From: Adineta vaga
Taxonomy: Eukaryota; Animalia; Rotifera
Assembly: GCA_021613535.1 (NCBI GenBank)
Contig: CP075495.1
Coordinates: forward strand, 15,934,001-15,998,000
Direction of reading: 5' to 3'
DNA length: 64,000 nucleotides
The notes under the pieces are model-generated. The model ran no database searches and had not been told where the DNA came from. It worked only from the letters and a program-made list of their open reading frames with translations. The translations under genes were made by a program, and so were the position numbers. Numbering within the stretch: the stretch's first letter is position 1; each line of letters starts with the position of its first letter. Shown one piece after another: positions 13,607-27,539 of the stretch.

Positions 13607-14269
13607 TAAGACGCTATATATACCTAAGATTTACTGTTCACTGAAAATGTATATCGGAAACAATAAAAATCCTTGTAGAGTGTTCACCGGATCGAAATCT
13701 ATCGATGTATATAGTTTCTAAACGTTTTCACATACAAAAAGTGAGTAAGCCGAGTTACGGCTTTAAAGACCCTCGTCCTTTCGCTACAGCATAGGTACTC
13801 CTTTTTTCATTTTTTTTTGCGGAACACGATCTGAAAGAGTGTTGAAATGTTTAAAGGTAGAAACTTGCACCCATTCCCTCGCCTCCAAAGCCCGTGACAG
13901 AAAAAGGTGAAAATGGTACCACAGACTGTGATATTTGGTTTTGATGAGATAACAGACATGACAAACATAATTCACAAAAAAATCACAAATGGTTACAGAA
14001 TTGCCAAAATAGCATAACATACTGTAATAGATATACGTTAGCATATGATCACAAGTCTCAGCCGTGACGAAGGAGAACACATAAGAACGCGTGCCAATAA
14101 TATGTCGCCTCGTTGTCTCCTTCCCTCTCTCCGTGCGCATTTTGAGCATTTTAGTTCGGTAAAAAGCACTTTTTTCTCTAAGCTTTAGATCGCTTTATGA
14201 ATAAAATTTTAGTAAAAACATGAAAAATGCAGGGCAAGTCATAGTAGCGAGCTAACATCGCTTATGTCT

Positions 14270-14540
14270 AGAGTCTGGCGGGGCCGGGTTTGTAGATCCG
14301 ATCCCGGTCACGATCCCGAGTTCAAGCAGAGACACCTGTTCCAGTCCTGTTTAGACCCGAATTTTCTATGTCTAACTTAAATTATTTTAAAATACATATT
14401 GCGAAAGTATCGCAACTCGATAAAATTTCATAGTAGTAAAATTCGTTGATGAAAACATAATCCCGTTCCGATGCCGACCCCGACGAGATTGGGACTAGGT
14501 TCGCGAAAAATATAGGTATCGGGAGCCTTGCCGGACTCCA
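14270..14540. mobile_element. Small MITE
   Basis: AGAGTCTGGCGGGG start pairs imperfectly with the CCTTGCCGGACTCC end. Internal GATCCCG repeats. Confidence 0.45.
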
Positions 14541-15931
14541 CTTATGTTTGCTTTTCTTCATCGTAAGATTTTATACATCATTGGAAAGAGTCTTCGAAAC
14601 TTTACGAAACTGTGTCTTTTAAGGTCAATCAGAACGAGATGTACGGCTTTCGATCAAAGAATTCAAGCTTAAAATCACCGAAATAGTTTTTATTTTAAGC
14701 AAATCTTTTGAAAAGGTTTGTCATCGCAGCTCCTTTGGAGCTAAAATGTGGAACTCATGTGGCTTATTTCTTAGCAATTTCTTATTTCATAAGTGTTTTA
14801 TTGCTTAGAGTAAATATACAAATCCTGAGTAATATTATAAATATGAATTTGATAAATCATTACGAAGTCAGCTATGTTTAGGAAAAAAGACTTTTCTTAA
14901 TTTTTTCGTTTTTTTAGGGTGTGGGTGGGACTGACATGTAAATATACTACCCTCACCTGCATTCACATCATTGCCCTCACTCACTGTATGCCATTTTTAC
15001 ATTGAAAGAGAGGGTGAATTTCGCCGCATCGCCTAAGCTAATTTTTGAGAAATCTTTTTCTAGACGAGGGGGAGAGGCGTACACAGAAGATTCTACACTT
15101 TTGTCCTCTCTTTTCCTCATGCCTTTATCGGAAATGGTTAACGGTGCTTTGTTTATTTTCAAGAAATGGCTGAATTATCCAAAAAGTTGTCACTATTGGC
15201 CAGACCATCCCTGAGGGATGTAGGGTTCTTTAGAAAAAACTTTTTTGCCAAAATTATTGAAGACATACATGAGTCGACACGGTTTTTAACGCTGATTCCG
15301 AATCTGGTATTGGTTTTGAGTCAAATCGTAGTTTCCTAATAAAACCATGCTTGAAAAAGGTTCAAAATTCGCAAAAACTGTATTTTAACACTAAATTGTC
15401 TAGATACGTCTCATATGACCTGTAGTTTGGGAGTTTCCCAAATGCTTAATTCTGTAGCTAGTCAGAAGGGCTATGGAAAGGAAAAAATCTGATCTCCATA
15501 GCTATTGATATTGATGAACTATTATGAAAATGCTGATATGTGTATCTATCATAGATCTCTTATAGATTCATGAGATTGCATATGACCGTTATTCCGATAG
15601 ATTCGAACATAAAAAATGCTCTATAGATTGACATATTTCGTTATTAAATTCGAAAAAATGTTGTACTCAACAATTTAGAAATACTATTAAGTTCTAAAAC
15701 CTGTATTATCAAAAAACTTCCAATAAGTCACCTCTGCGTGGAAAAAGGAGTCAAACACAGTGGCTAACTTTTGCTTTCGAAAGGTAGTGAAGTCTCACCA
15801 GCAATAATAGTGATGATCTCCGTTAGTCTTTTGTATAAGTTGAATTTACTCTTTTTAAATATTGTAGATTAATCGTGATCAAACATATTTCTGATTCGGT
15901 CATTGCATTCTGTTGTTATTGTGTAGCGTCT

Positions 15932-16657
15932 ATGTCGAAAACCGTCGTTGATATGGACTTTCTTAATAAATATGATGCTCAACAAGTGTCACTTCTCGAT
16001 GAACCTCTAATTGCTGTCGATCGACAAGATCGTGTAATTGGTATAACTACCAAAAAAGATGCTCATCTATTAGCAAATATTGAAAGCGAGCAATCATTAA
16101 TCCATCGAGCTTTTTCACTTTTTCTTTTTGATAGTTCTTCATATCCATCTCGCCTATTATTACAACAACGTTCAGCTGAAAAAATTACTTATCCATTATT
16201 ATGGACAAATACATGTTGTAGTCATCCACTTTATAAGGATATAGAAATGGATGGTATCGATGGTGTAAAGCATGCTGCTATTCGACGAACAAAAGACGAG
16301 CTTGGCTATAATCTTTCAACGGATTTGATTTATATAACAAGAATATTTTATCAAGCAAGAAATATTCCAGATGATGGTTATTTTGGTGAAAGTGAAATAG
16401 ATTATATTCTTATAGCCAATGTTAACGACAGCGATAAACTTGACTTGACTGGTGACTTCAAATTCAACATCAATGAAGCTGCCGAACTTAAATTGGCTAC
16501 ATTAGGGGAATGTGAAGCACTTGTCAAACAACAGGTTACTACACCGTGGTTTTCTAGAATTGTGCGTGAAGGATTATTAGCTAAATGGTGGACTTCTCTC
16601 GATCGTCAAGAATTACACGAAACTATTGGAGAAACAGATACAATCATTCAACTGTGA
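15932..16657 (+). CDS. IDI1: Isopentenyl-diphosphate delta-isomerase, type 1 (Nudix fold)
   Basis: HRAFSLFLF, LLLQQRS.EKITYP, WTNTCCSHP, ESEIDY and TPWF motifs. First ATG at 15932 follows an acceptor-like TAG, so an upstream exon is possible. Confidence 0.95.
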   Translation: MSKTVVDMDFLNKYDAQQVSLLDEPLIAVDRQDRVIGITTKKDAHLLANIESEQSLIHRAFSLFLFDSSSYPSRLLLQQRSAEKITYPLLWTNTCCSHPLYKDIEMDGIDGVKHAAIRRTKDELGYNLSTDLIYITRIFYQARNIPDDGYFGESEIDYILIANVNDSDKLDLTGDFKFNINEAAELKLATLGECEALVKQQVTTPWFSRIVREGLLAKWWTSLDRQELHETIGETDTIIQL

Positions 16658-16849
16658 TTTAGCTAACTAATGATGTTTTGTTTGACACAGAGTCGTAGCT
16701 TGTGATTTTTGAACATAAAGACATATAATAGTTTCGATTTATTTAAATTAAATTCAAGAAATAAAGCGAAATTCTATGTTTTTGGCTTTCTTCTGAAATA
16801 AAGACAATTCATAGAGCTCTCTCTCTCTCTATAGATCTGTTCAATTTTA

Positions 16850-19800
16850 TTATTCCCTCGACTAAAAGGAGGGTCATACGAAAACAAAATAGTTTGTTTG
16901 TGTCAGGGCCAAAGATCAAAATAACACTTTTTCAAAAAAACCCTAAAAATCAGAGAAATACCGTTTTTAATTGGTTTCACGGTCATAGGAATATGATTTG
17001 GAGCAGGGCAAAACGTACTTTACATGAGATCAAGGGTCAAAAGAACATTTCCAAAATCAAAGAAACATCGTTTTGTATGGATTCCAAGGTCAAAGATAGA
17101 ACAAAGGGTTGCGCATATCAATACATTCAACTGCTCAAGAACCATTTTCCTGAACCGAAAAGAAGATCATTCAAAGAACAAATAGTGTGTGAGTATGTAT
17201 GTTTCTGTCTGGATAAAAACTCAAAGGGTAAATAACATAAAATGTTTCTTCATTATCTCATTGCGTTGTGTGATCAATCACATATCGAGGATCATAAAAC
17301 TAGCCAATTAGAAATCAATGATTAATAAATTGGCTAATCAAAACTCGAGGATCCATAAATTGTCGAGTCTGGTATTGAGAAATCCTAAAATGGCCTAGTC
17401 GTGTGAATTTTCTCTCATCAGTTCTGATGAATACACGTTTGTTCACGGTTGATAGTTTCTCCCGTTGTCGATGGTACATCATGCTGGAAGTGTAGCAAAA
17501 TCGTAATCATTTTATTATATTGTAAATATTATAAATTATAGACATAGGAAAAGCGTTTTATTGTAAGAAAATTTCTGTATAGCAGTTATATGAGAATAAC
17601 AGAAATAACCATGGTATATGTATAGTGTTAGACGCGATTTCATGGTTTTAGAACCGTTTGAATTCGTAAACATTGAATAGTTTTCGTCAAAGCAACGAAA
17701 ATGTATATTCATCTCCTCAAAGTTATTCCATTTGCGCATTCTTTTCTTTCTGTTCTGATATTCTATCATATGGTCTTCTCTGTTGATTAGGCAACTGTAT
17801 ACGTCCACTTTGTGCGCTCTCGTCATTGTTCGGCACTGTTTTCAAACAATCTTGTCTATATGCGCGTCATTTTCTTTTTCTCTCATGAAATGATATTTTT
17901 TTCAACAATGAATTAGTTTGTAAGTAGGAACTTTTTATTCAATAATTTATCAAAACGATTCTAATCTTTCGAAGAATGGAAAAAAATAGAAGAAATCTTT
18001 TCAATTTTTCTCGACATCATCGACTCACTTGCTGTCACTCATAAGTATGGATTGATCATGCAAGATGTTCTGAATGTAATTATTAAGTTGTTCCAAAACA
18101 TATTATCATAAAAAAGTGACTTTGCATTCCATTGGAAAAGGAAATAATACCGTCTCAAATGATCGAGATATGAAATAGCTAAATATATAGTATGAAAGAG
18201 AGAAAAAATCCAATTTGAATATTGTAACGACAAATGCATCCATAGTGATCGACCATTCGATATTTCTGAATTTTCTTTCCCTTCCATATCTACCCGCTCT
18301 TCTTCTACGAGCATATTACTCATGAGAGAGACACAGAGAGAAGAGGAAGGAAAGAAATTGATAACATCTTAATGGTGATAGTCGGTGTCGCTCGGGTACT
18401 TTCATAAATTGAATCCTTATCTCTTAGAGCAAATAATATATTTTAGGTGGCAATAATGGTCAACTCATTATGTGTATACCCGGATGTGGTGGAACGGGCA
18501 AATCACAATTGATTCGTGCTCTTACAAAATATTTAGTTATTACAAAACGAATGCAAATGATGCGAAAACTTGCACCTACTGGAATTGCAGTTGCTGAAAT
18601 TGATGGCATGACAATTCATTCATTTTTAGGTGAACAACGTCATTCAGGAAAGCCACGTCCCATCAAACCAGGTGATTCCAAACTTGAAAAAGAATGGAGA
18701 CCTGTTGAATATCTCTTGATTAATGAGATGAGTATGGTTGGCTTAACTTTATTAGGAAAACTCAATAGAATCATTTTTTCTACCAAACATGTTGATCATC
18801 AAGTTGGATTTGGTGGTATGAATGTAATCTTCTTTGATGATTATTTACGACATCGACCAGTCTATGATTCACCATTGCATACTGATTTTTCATTACCATA
18901 AATAAAGAAGCAAAATAAGCTACCATCTGAAAAAGAAATTCAACAACGCGTTGCACGTTCTTGAATTCTTCAAATAAATTGTTTGGTAAAACTTGCACAA
19001 CAGATGCGAACAGAAGATTTACGATCTCTGCAATCATGACGGTTACGAATTATTACAGACACGAGTTGTTGGACAACTATCAATAGAATCTCTACACGAT
19101 TAACCATGGAACAAAGTAAATCAACTTTTGTATATAAAGTAAAAACTATTTTCATCTTTTCAGGCTCCTATATTCTTGTACTTCGAGATGAAGTTCGCAC
19201 ACAAATCAATAATAAGGCAGCAGTTCATAATGCAATACAAACAGGTCATCCACCGATGGTATGTGTCGCTCAAGATACTTGTAAAGGAAAAGCAATCGAA
19301 GATCCAATATTGCTTAAAAAATGATTAAAACTATCTGACAGCAAGACAGAGCATTTACCTGTTTTATTGCCTTTTGTACCAGGCATGCCTATCATTTTAA
19401 CGCAAAATATTGCTACTGAAATAGGTCTTATCAATGGCATTAATGGGATCTTTCGGCAATTAGTATATCGCGAAGAATCGGTATCAACAGAAAATTTATC
19501 GCAAATGTTTCCAAATAATACACAATATACTCGTTAACCAATATATGCTTTAATCGAGATTGTAAAGTCGAAGATTGAATGTAAACTTCAAGATCTTGAA
19601 CTAAAACTTATTCCCAATCCGCTGGTGGAACAAACATTTCGTGTCGACGTTGCCGATATTCTCCCAAAAGATAAGAAACCAAAATCAAATCAAAAGAAAA
19701 TTTTATCAATTAAACGATCTGCACTATCACTTGTACCTGCATATTGTATTACAACACATAAAAGTCAAGGTCAAACATTGAACAAAGCGGTTATTGATTT

Positions 19801-20476
19801 AAAACTAGCAAATGAAACTGATGATATTGCAGCAGTATATGTGCCACTATCTCGTGTAAAACGTTTTGTCGATCTAGCTATTCTACGGCCATTTGATTAC
19901 AAAGTTTTACTTATGGAACCAAATAAATATCAAGTTGCGGGAATGGAAAGGCTTGATCAATTGCGTATCAATACTCTATTACGTTTCTCAGAGTGGTTTC
20001 AATAAATCTCACACATAATAAGTCAACTGTTATTGTTTCTATGTAGTTTTATTATAAACGATTTGCAATTTTCACAAGTTTACTTATCTTTCATAAAATC
20101 ATGAATTTTCAATGCTCGAATATTATTCAAGGTTCATTTATTTTCTTTTATTATGTTTTACATGATATTTGATAGATATTACTTTTTTGTATTGTTAATT
20201 TTCATTTACTTCGATCATATATGAAACAAAAAGTTTCTGTCTTATAGTTAATTATGAAAGTTTCAAAATAAACAGTCTCATTTGTGTTGTAGAACTCTAT
20301 ATTTTTTGAATTTTCTATCATGTCAACTATAGCACATGATAATCTAAAAGCAGAGTTATAACGAGCATATAATAATATATTTCGAATTATTGTGAATGAT
20401 TACACCATCAGAAAATATTATTCAATGCTAGTTATTCAGTCGAGGGCTTAGCGAGTCTCCTCGAAGGGCGTTATTT
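16850..20476 (+). mobile_element. Helentron/Helitron2-like element, internally deleted
   Basis: 5' CCCTCGACT (16855-16863, within a CCCTC..GAGGG hairpin) pairs with subterminal AGTCGAGGG (20438-20446). Contains a PIF1 helicase remnant. A short relative lies at 63393-63815. Confidence 0.65.
18446..20005 (+). pseudogene. PIF1-family helicase remnant of a rolling-circle transposon
   Basis: GCGGTGKS Walker A, APTGIA, LINEMSMV (degenerate DE), TTHKSQGQT and YVPLSRV motifs, with multiple stops and frameshifts. Confidence 0.88.
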
Positions 20477-21308
20477 AGGTATTTATTGTAGTTTATAAAA
20501 TTCGCTAAATTACAATAAGAAATTATTTGTATTTGTAGGTCGTGCTGTTAAATAAATTTTTATGAACTCTTGACGAAAATCTTTGACGTCCTTCAAAATA
20601 TAGGATCTAGTAAGGTTTTTTTAACGAAAGAAACTTGTATTAAATGATTCATACGAACTATATCTGTATCAGTTGTTTAGCGACAAAAGAACATGACATG
20701 TGGTTTCACTCTAAACAGTATACTGAATCCTCTGTTAAGAGTTAAAATACCCTATTTAGTTTCTTGTTAGATCTTGATGTGCCTTGCTCGAGGTATTGCA
20801 ATATTAGTACATTAAAAACAAAAAAAATCATCTCATTCGACCCAAGTCTTTGTAGTATATCGAAATTTCTATCAGACTTAAAATATCTCCCTACTTTTTG
20901 TCGGCGTTTGTACACTGCACTCGATAATTTGCATCATCTACAAATTACAGCAATTTTACTTGAAACTTTTACAAATTCAAATATTTTAATACAAATTTTA
21001 TTTTAGATTGTTAGTTATGAAGACACTTTTATAATCTCTTGTGACACTCATCATTCCTCACTGTCACATTGACGATCACTGTAAAACTGATAGCAGTGTG
21101 CAGTGGAAGACTTACACATCGATCTAGATTGTATAGACTGCATTTTATTAAAAAAATACAATGAAATGTACTGAGCTTTATATTTGAATCGATAAGATAT
21201 TTCTGTCATGTACGCACATAATGTGGTCGTTGTTTATTAGTGTTTTCCCAGCAGTAGATCAGATGAGACTCATAATCTGTTGAAAATTCAATAATTGTTT
21301 ATTAAAGG

Positions 21309-22450
21309 ATGAAGCCTGACTCAATGGCAAAAAGTGAAGTACCAATGATCGATACCCTAGATTATACTACTATACTTGGTAAAGTATTCTCTCAAATGTT
21401 TTCTAAAGCTTTTAATGAAAAAGAGGCTATTTGCTGTTTTTCAGATGGAGATGAAAAGATAAAATTAATTCGTCAATATACAAGTTTGATCGATCGTTTA
21501 TGTTATTCACAATTACAAGAATCTCAATGGAGATATTATCATCAAATTGGCATAACACAAAACATTTGCCCAAAAAATATTCAATCTGTCCTTCATATGA
21601 GAGATCGAAAACAGTCATTCAACAACGTTTAAAACAAACTGAAAAACATTTACAACAAGCTCAAAATGCAATTAAAGGGTTTGAAGAAGACGTCTTGTTA
21701 AAATATCCACAATATTGTGATCGCTTTCATACCATTACAAAATTATCTTCCATTGTTCATCAGGTTACTCAACAAAAATAAAAGATTTTACGACATGAAT
21801 TCCAAATCCATCGAAAGATGCTAATCATGGATGCAAATGATCATTAATTAGTTCAAAAATTTTTCAATAAGATCCTTGCATTTGATGTACAAACTCACTT
21901 GAAACTGTTTTAGATCATAACAGCCAAACGTATCTGGCAAGCTACTGTTTAGCAAATGATAATGAAAAAAGACATTGCTTTATTGCAATACAGACTTACT
22001 TCGTCACAATCACAATCATAATCTAATTTGCTAGGTGCTAAGAATGACGACGTCGACAAGCAAATAGCCAATTTAAAAGAAATGAGTCAAACAGCTACAG
22101 TTACACCTGTCGTTATATCGCATGAAATAGTCAAACAATCGATACCAATCGCCGATTGTTGCAGAATATCGATGAAAAGAATGCACTTGAAAAAGCGAAA
22201 TATTCTAAGAGGACACTTTTCAATAAATCTAGTTCAAAGTGGCACAAAACCGAGCTCATTATCATTGAAACTGGTTGAATCCATGTCACGAAACGAGCAA
22301 ATTTGATCATCAAACATGAACTAGCAACAATAGCCATCACCAACGATCGCTCTTCTATATTATAGCAAGACTGGCTAATATCGAGAAAACTTTCAAATAC
22401 CGGTTACTTTTTATCTTTCCACTGCCTGCCAACATATTACTTCTTCCTAA
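21309..22450 (+). pseudogene. Decayed coiled-coil-rich ORF, probably TE-derived
   Basis: Successive frameshifted ORFs (QWRYYHQIGITQNI, KYSICPSYERSKTVIQQRLKQTEKHLQQAQNAI) with heptad-like Q/E/K/L content and many stops. Confidence 0.4.
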
Positions 22451-23992
22451 AACTATAGTTCGCTATATAAAGTTACATATTTAACATTTTCTCGTCAGAA
22501 TGTTTCAAAGAAAACAATTGACGCATTTTCATTTATTCTAGATAATACTTTGCACATCGAAGCACAGCTTAAATCTCCAAACTGTCATACAAACCGACTA
22601 TCTTCAACGCGAACATCAATTTAAAAAACCATCTGTAAAATACAAATGCCTTCCATTAAACGTCTCGGACTTCTATAGATTATAATAAAGAACTAATATT
22701 ACTGCACAGCATACCATTCAAATCAGAATACTTCCATGAAACAAACGATCAGCTCCAAATTCAATCAATTTAAATCTTTTAAAATTCTAGAATTTATGTC
22801 ATTCGATAAGAACTGTAGAAAGTTCGAAACTGGTCATGACTGATTGTACTCATCCTCGATGCAGTTAAAAATGATCCACAAGATGAAATGAAAAATCCAC
22901 GCAATCGTGATAACTGAAGGTCTGAGAGTGCCAAAACTAGAAAAAAGTGCTTCATTTTCAGGCCTATGTATGGCATTGTAATCCATATAGTTCCAGAAGC
23001 AAACAATCAATATATTTCACGGTTTTCAATTTTTTGTAGAGAGACCCTAGAGCTATCATATGAAATTCGAACGAACTCGGTAGCTACAGCCGTTCTGTAG
23101 AAAATGTTGAAATACCATACTTCATCCCGTTTCTGATAAAATTGTATCTTGATGGGAAAGGGTAAAAAAGTCGCCATGAACTAAGTTTTTTTGGTAAGAC
23201 TTTAAACCAAGATACTCCATGCTTCTTAATATAGCTAAAAACACTTTCGATTCGTGTAGTTAAAATCGAAAAAAGATTTTTCTTCAGTCAATGTTCCTAA
23301 AATTTTTTGAGTTTTTTCGCGAACTCTCTGTTAATTGATAATTTAAACAAGATGAAAAGCAGTTCGAGCAGTTAGTTGTTCGCTAACGTGACAACGAAGC
23401 GCTTATATACAGCGAATAAAATAGTAACGAGCTATAGAGCTACACCGGAAAAGAGAAAAAATTGAAATGAAGCGAAACATTCAGATGCATATAAGTATCA
23501 CTATATACTCACTTTGACATCCTACGAGGTCTGTTAGACACATAAGTCAAGTAAACTTGAGAAATTTATTTCAAGAACAAAACTCCATAGTCATCAGGTT
23601 GGTAAAGGCAAAAGATTGTAATTTCTATAGGGAAGACGAGGACCAGACAGAAGAAACAGGCTTACCTAACTTAAAGCACAAGTGTTGATAAGACAAAGAA
23701 TTGTGGAATTCCACTCGAATTTATTGGATTTACTTTATGTCCGTTAGCAGCCACAGGGCTTCAGAATTGCATTAGATTTCAGTTTTCAAGGATTCCGCTG
23801 CTTTTCCCTTGGTTGATAGATAGAACACATGTGTATATGGACTCATTTGCGCCCACCACGTGTAGGGATGCATAAGTAATGTTTGTTCGTGCCTAACCGT
23901 AGGTAATTAACCGGTCTTAAGCGAAAATCGATGTTTCAGCGGAAAAGTGTTTAACGATAACCAATATCAGTAGGCACCTTGGAAGCGTGGAT

Positions 23993-24415
23993 ACACTGTA
24001 AATAAAAACAGTAATATGACTGAACCCTCAAAAAGGTTTCGCACATATCTGAAAGCGTCAGAAAGAGCCGACAAAATTGAATGAAATAGTTTTCAAATTC
24101 TACGAAACCTAAAAAGGATGTGACGGCGGGCGCATGTTTCAAACTATCGCCTACGAAACCCTTTTCAGTTCTGCAAAGCGAAAAATAATTTTCGTCAGAA
24201 AATAGGAAACCTCAAGGTTCTGTGCTAAGGTTTAATATGAAAGCATTAGGGTTTCCTATTTTCTGACGAAACTTATTTTTCGCTTTGCGGAACTGAAAAA
24301 GGTTTCGTAGAATTTGAAAACTATTTCATTCAATTTTGTCGGCTCATTCTGACGCTTTCAGATATGTGCGAAACCTTTTTGAGGGTTCAGTCATATTACT
24401 GTTTTTATTTAGTGT
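23993..24415. mobile_element. Foldback MITE with CACT..AGTG termini
   Basis: 23993-24211 is the reverse complement of 24250-24415, apart from a roughly 40-bp extra segment bounded by CTACGAAACC repeats. Confidence 0.8.
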
Positions 24416-25705
24416 GTGGTTGTGAGTGTTGGTGTGACTGGGATTGAGTACGTGACGTTGGTTGTAGTTATGGGTGTGATGAAACAGCTAAGTAGTCCAC
24501 TCGTATTCCTATGCACCCACACCCACCCTCAACGCTTTTATAGGGTTTAATATTCTCCACTAATTTTTACAGTTATAAATATATGCCATCTATAAATCAG
24601 TTTTCATGATAAATTTTCTCTTACAAAATCTTTCGAATGTTAGTCATCGTCAAAAAGGCACTTTGTGCGAAAAACAATATCTAACATAAGCCCATAGAGA
24701 GATAGCCCGTGTTGTTTTCTTACAAAATTCCTTCGATTTATAAATAAATATCTTCTCATTTTGTCAAATTTTTGGATATATCTGTTCTCTATATCTTAAA
24801 AAATAGATTTCTAAAAGATCACTAACATTTGAAATATCTTTGTAAGGAGCATCGTCATAATATCTCAAAAGCTTGACTGATAGTGTTCTTTGTATAAATT
24901 ACAAATACCCCGGATAAAAACACAAGCACCAATTTTCAAATAATGTTTGTAAACAGAGACAGCATCTTAGTTGGAGTTCTGCGTCTTATAAGTCACTGTA
25001 GTGCCATATCTAGACGTGGCTGAAAGTTAGAATAAAGCTGTTTTAGTTAGCTACGTAGTACATACAAAGAAAATATGATCAGTTTTAGGTGCTGAGATGC
25101 CTGCACTTTCCCTATTGCTGTGGTACTCCTCAGGGTTAGGGTGTGGGTGAGGGTGAATGTGGGAGATATGAAAACTGCAATCGAAAAATTTTTGAGCATA
25201 GTACTATCGCTTTTTTGTAGTTTTCCGATACGCGAAACTTTCAATGCAGATATTTTTTAATTGTCACTGGGTACTTTAACGAGTTAATCGAATAATTATC
25301 GTCTACAGGCTGTTAGATTGACCCCGACTTCATTTTTTGATGATTCTCTAAAACTAAGTTGGCAACGGTTTCATCATGTTTCACATTTCTAATCTCGTGG
25401 GGATTGCGCTAACAGCTTTTCATCAGTCGAGAGAAAGCAATTTGAATTTCTTCACAATGGCTCAAGATTGTTTGCGCAGTTTTCGTAGAGTTTTATCGCG
25501 CATTAAGCCGCATTATATGAACAAAATAAACATATTAATGGACTGTCTTCTATTAGATCCAACCTGCGATCCTACCCTTTTCTATGCATAGTTTAGAATC
25601 CTCGAGAAACTTGGTTACCTAAAAATCAAAAGGCGAAAGTTTCAAAAACTGGTGCCGGTAGATATAGTTTACTACTACTTAATCACAAAGCAACAGCTCT
25701 TTTAA

Positions 25706-26923
25706 GAAAGGAGTCACCAGAGGTGAACCCAACTTTATGCATAACGTCGCGGGAAAACGGGTTTTCTTTCGATTTTATTTTCTAAAATGAAAGGTCTCAT
25801 TGGACCATAGACAAATCGAAAATATTAGATCATTTGAGCTTACCTATGAAAAATGCGAGCAAAAACAAGTTTAATGGGTCATTTTGGATGTTGAAAAATC
25901 GATGAAAATTAGTGTAGTCAGTATTTTGACATTATCTCACGTTTGATTTGGTCGTTTGAGGCCGGAGACGTCTGATTCGAGAGAGAGTGTTATGGGCTAT
26001 GAATCTGTTCGATCGAAGTCTCTAATATATTGAGTATCCGAAGGTCTTTAGGGCGAGCACTGTCTAGAACTCGCAATCTGACTTTTTTACTGTAGATATA
26101 AAACACAAAGACACATATTTTGATATAAGATTATCCTAGTCAAAAACACTCGGAACCCCAGATAGGATGGCTCACACTATAACTGATGCATAAAACAGGC
26201 ATCAAAACGACCCCTGGATGATATGAAAAAGTTTCTCAAATAAAAAAATATACTTCAGATTCGAAATCAGCACGCAAAGCTGCACTAGAAAATGTATTTT
26301 AAAGTGTTATTTTTGACGAATATGAGGAGATCAAAATTTAGGGTTCCAACCATGACTCCATAAGAGGTTTACAATAGTTGAACTGAATTCCAAATGTCAA
26401 ATGAATATATGTTTGAATCTCAGCTGCTTCTGATCAAATAGTGCAGCTGAATAGCTATAGAATTCCGTACTTTTGAAGCTTCGAAGAGTATAACAATGAA
26501 GGGAAAAGATGGTTTGATTGATCACCAGTGACATTTTCTGTAACAGCTTCACCCATGATTTGTCTGACATTCACAATAAAACTTGAATTTTACTCGAAAT
26601 AAGTGTTAGATTCGGAATTAGCATAAAAAATTCATTCACTCATGCTTATTTCAACGTTTTTGTAGATTCGGAATTTTTCCCGAAAAAAGTGGCCTGTTTC
26701 CTCCTCCACGGAAGGCTCAGAGAAAATACCCTTAATTGTGAGATAATGTCAAAATACTGACTACACTAATTTTCATCGATTTTTCAACATCCAAAATGAT
26801 CCATTAAACTTGATTTTGCTCGCATTTTTCATAGGTAAGCTCAAATGATCTAATATTTTCGATTTGTCTATGGTCCAATGAGACCTTTCATTTTAGACAA
26901 TAGACCCTCTGATGGACTCTCTC
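25706..26923. mobile_element. TTAA-flanked non-autonomous DNA element with internal 155-bp inverted arms
   Basis: TTAA on both sides. 25786-25940 is the reverse complement of 26738-26892. Imperfect outer TIR GGAGTCACCAGAGG / CCTCTGATGGACTC. Confidence 0.6.
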
Positions 26924-27539
26924 TTAACTCACTCATAAGCAAATAAAAGTGTAACCACAAAATAAGCTGGTCTTTTATGGCCTATGATATCTGGCTATAT
27001 TTCGTAATACGGGCAGTTCTGATTTTTGAGTATGTCAGTATGCAGAGTATCTATCGAAGTATATACTCACAGTTTCATGACTTTAAACCTTGTTGTTAAT
27101 AAATGGTGTAATGCACAGTATACATGCCTCACGTCAATTATAATCATCTTTGACGCTAGAGGAGTACTATTGTGGATACAATATCTCGAGAAAGGAAAAG
27201 TGTCAAAAGCTGAAATTTTCAGCATTATCATAAGTCACTTTGGGGGTACATACTGATAACAAATTCATCGAAATCTGAAATATCGATTGAGCAGGGGTAT
27301 CTGTTAATTTGTGCGGACTTTCTAGCATTGACTCATACATCAAAACGTACATCGAATATATATAATGTTGAAGGAAAATCATAATACAATTTGTATTTGT
27401 ATTTTTACGTCCCAGATCGACTGATAAACGTTGACATTTTTCATTGATTCTTTGTTTGTTTGTTGACGTTTTAGCTTCCAATACTTAAATATTTCAATTT
27501 GAGGTATTTATCAAATTTCATTAGAGCAAATCTATACTT

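Larger units (their letters stand above)
9991..13773. mobile_element. Old, diverged long-TIR non-autonomous DNA element hosting nested insertions
   Basis: 9991-10073 (GGGTCTTTAAGGCCGTAA..TTTAGAAACTATATA.ATCGATAGATTT) is the reverse complement of 13691-13773. 10158-10310 pairs with about 12470-12672. Confidence 0.6.

Noticed and set aside
18034-18367. Possible solo LTR (TGTCA..TAACA with AG-rich tract)
   Set aside because: No matching target-site duplication found.
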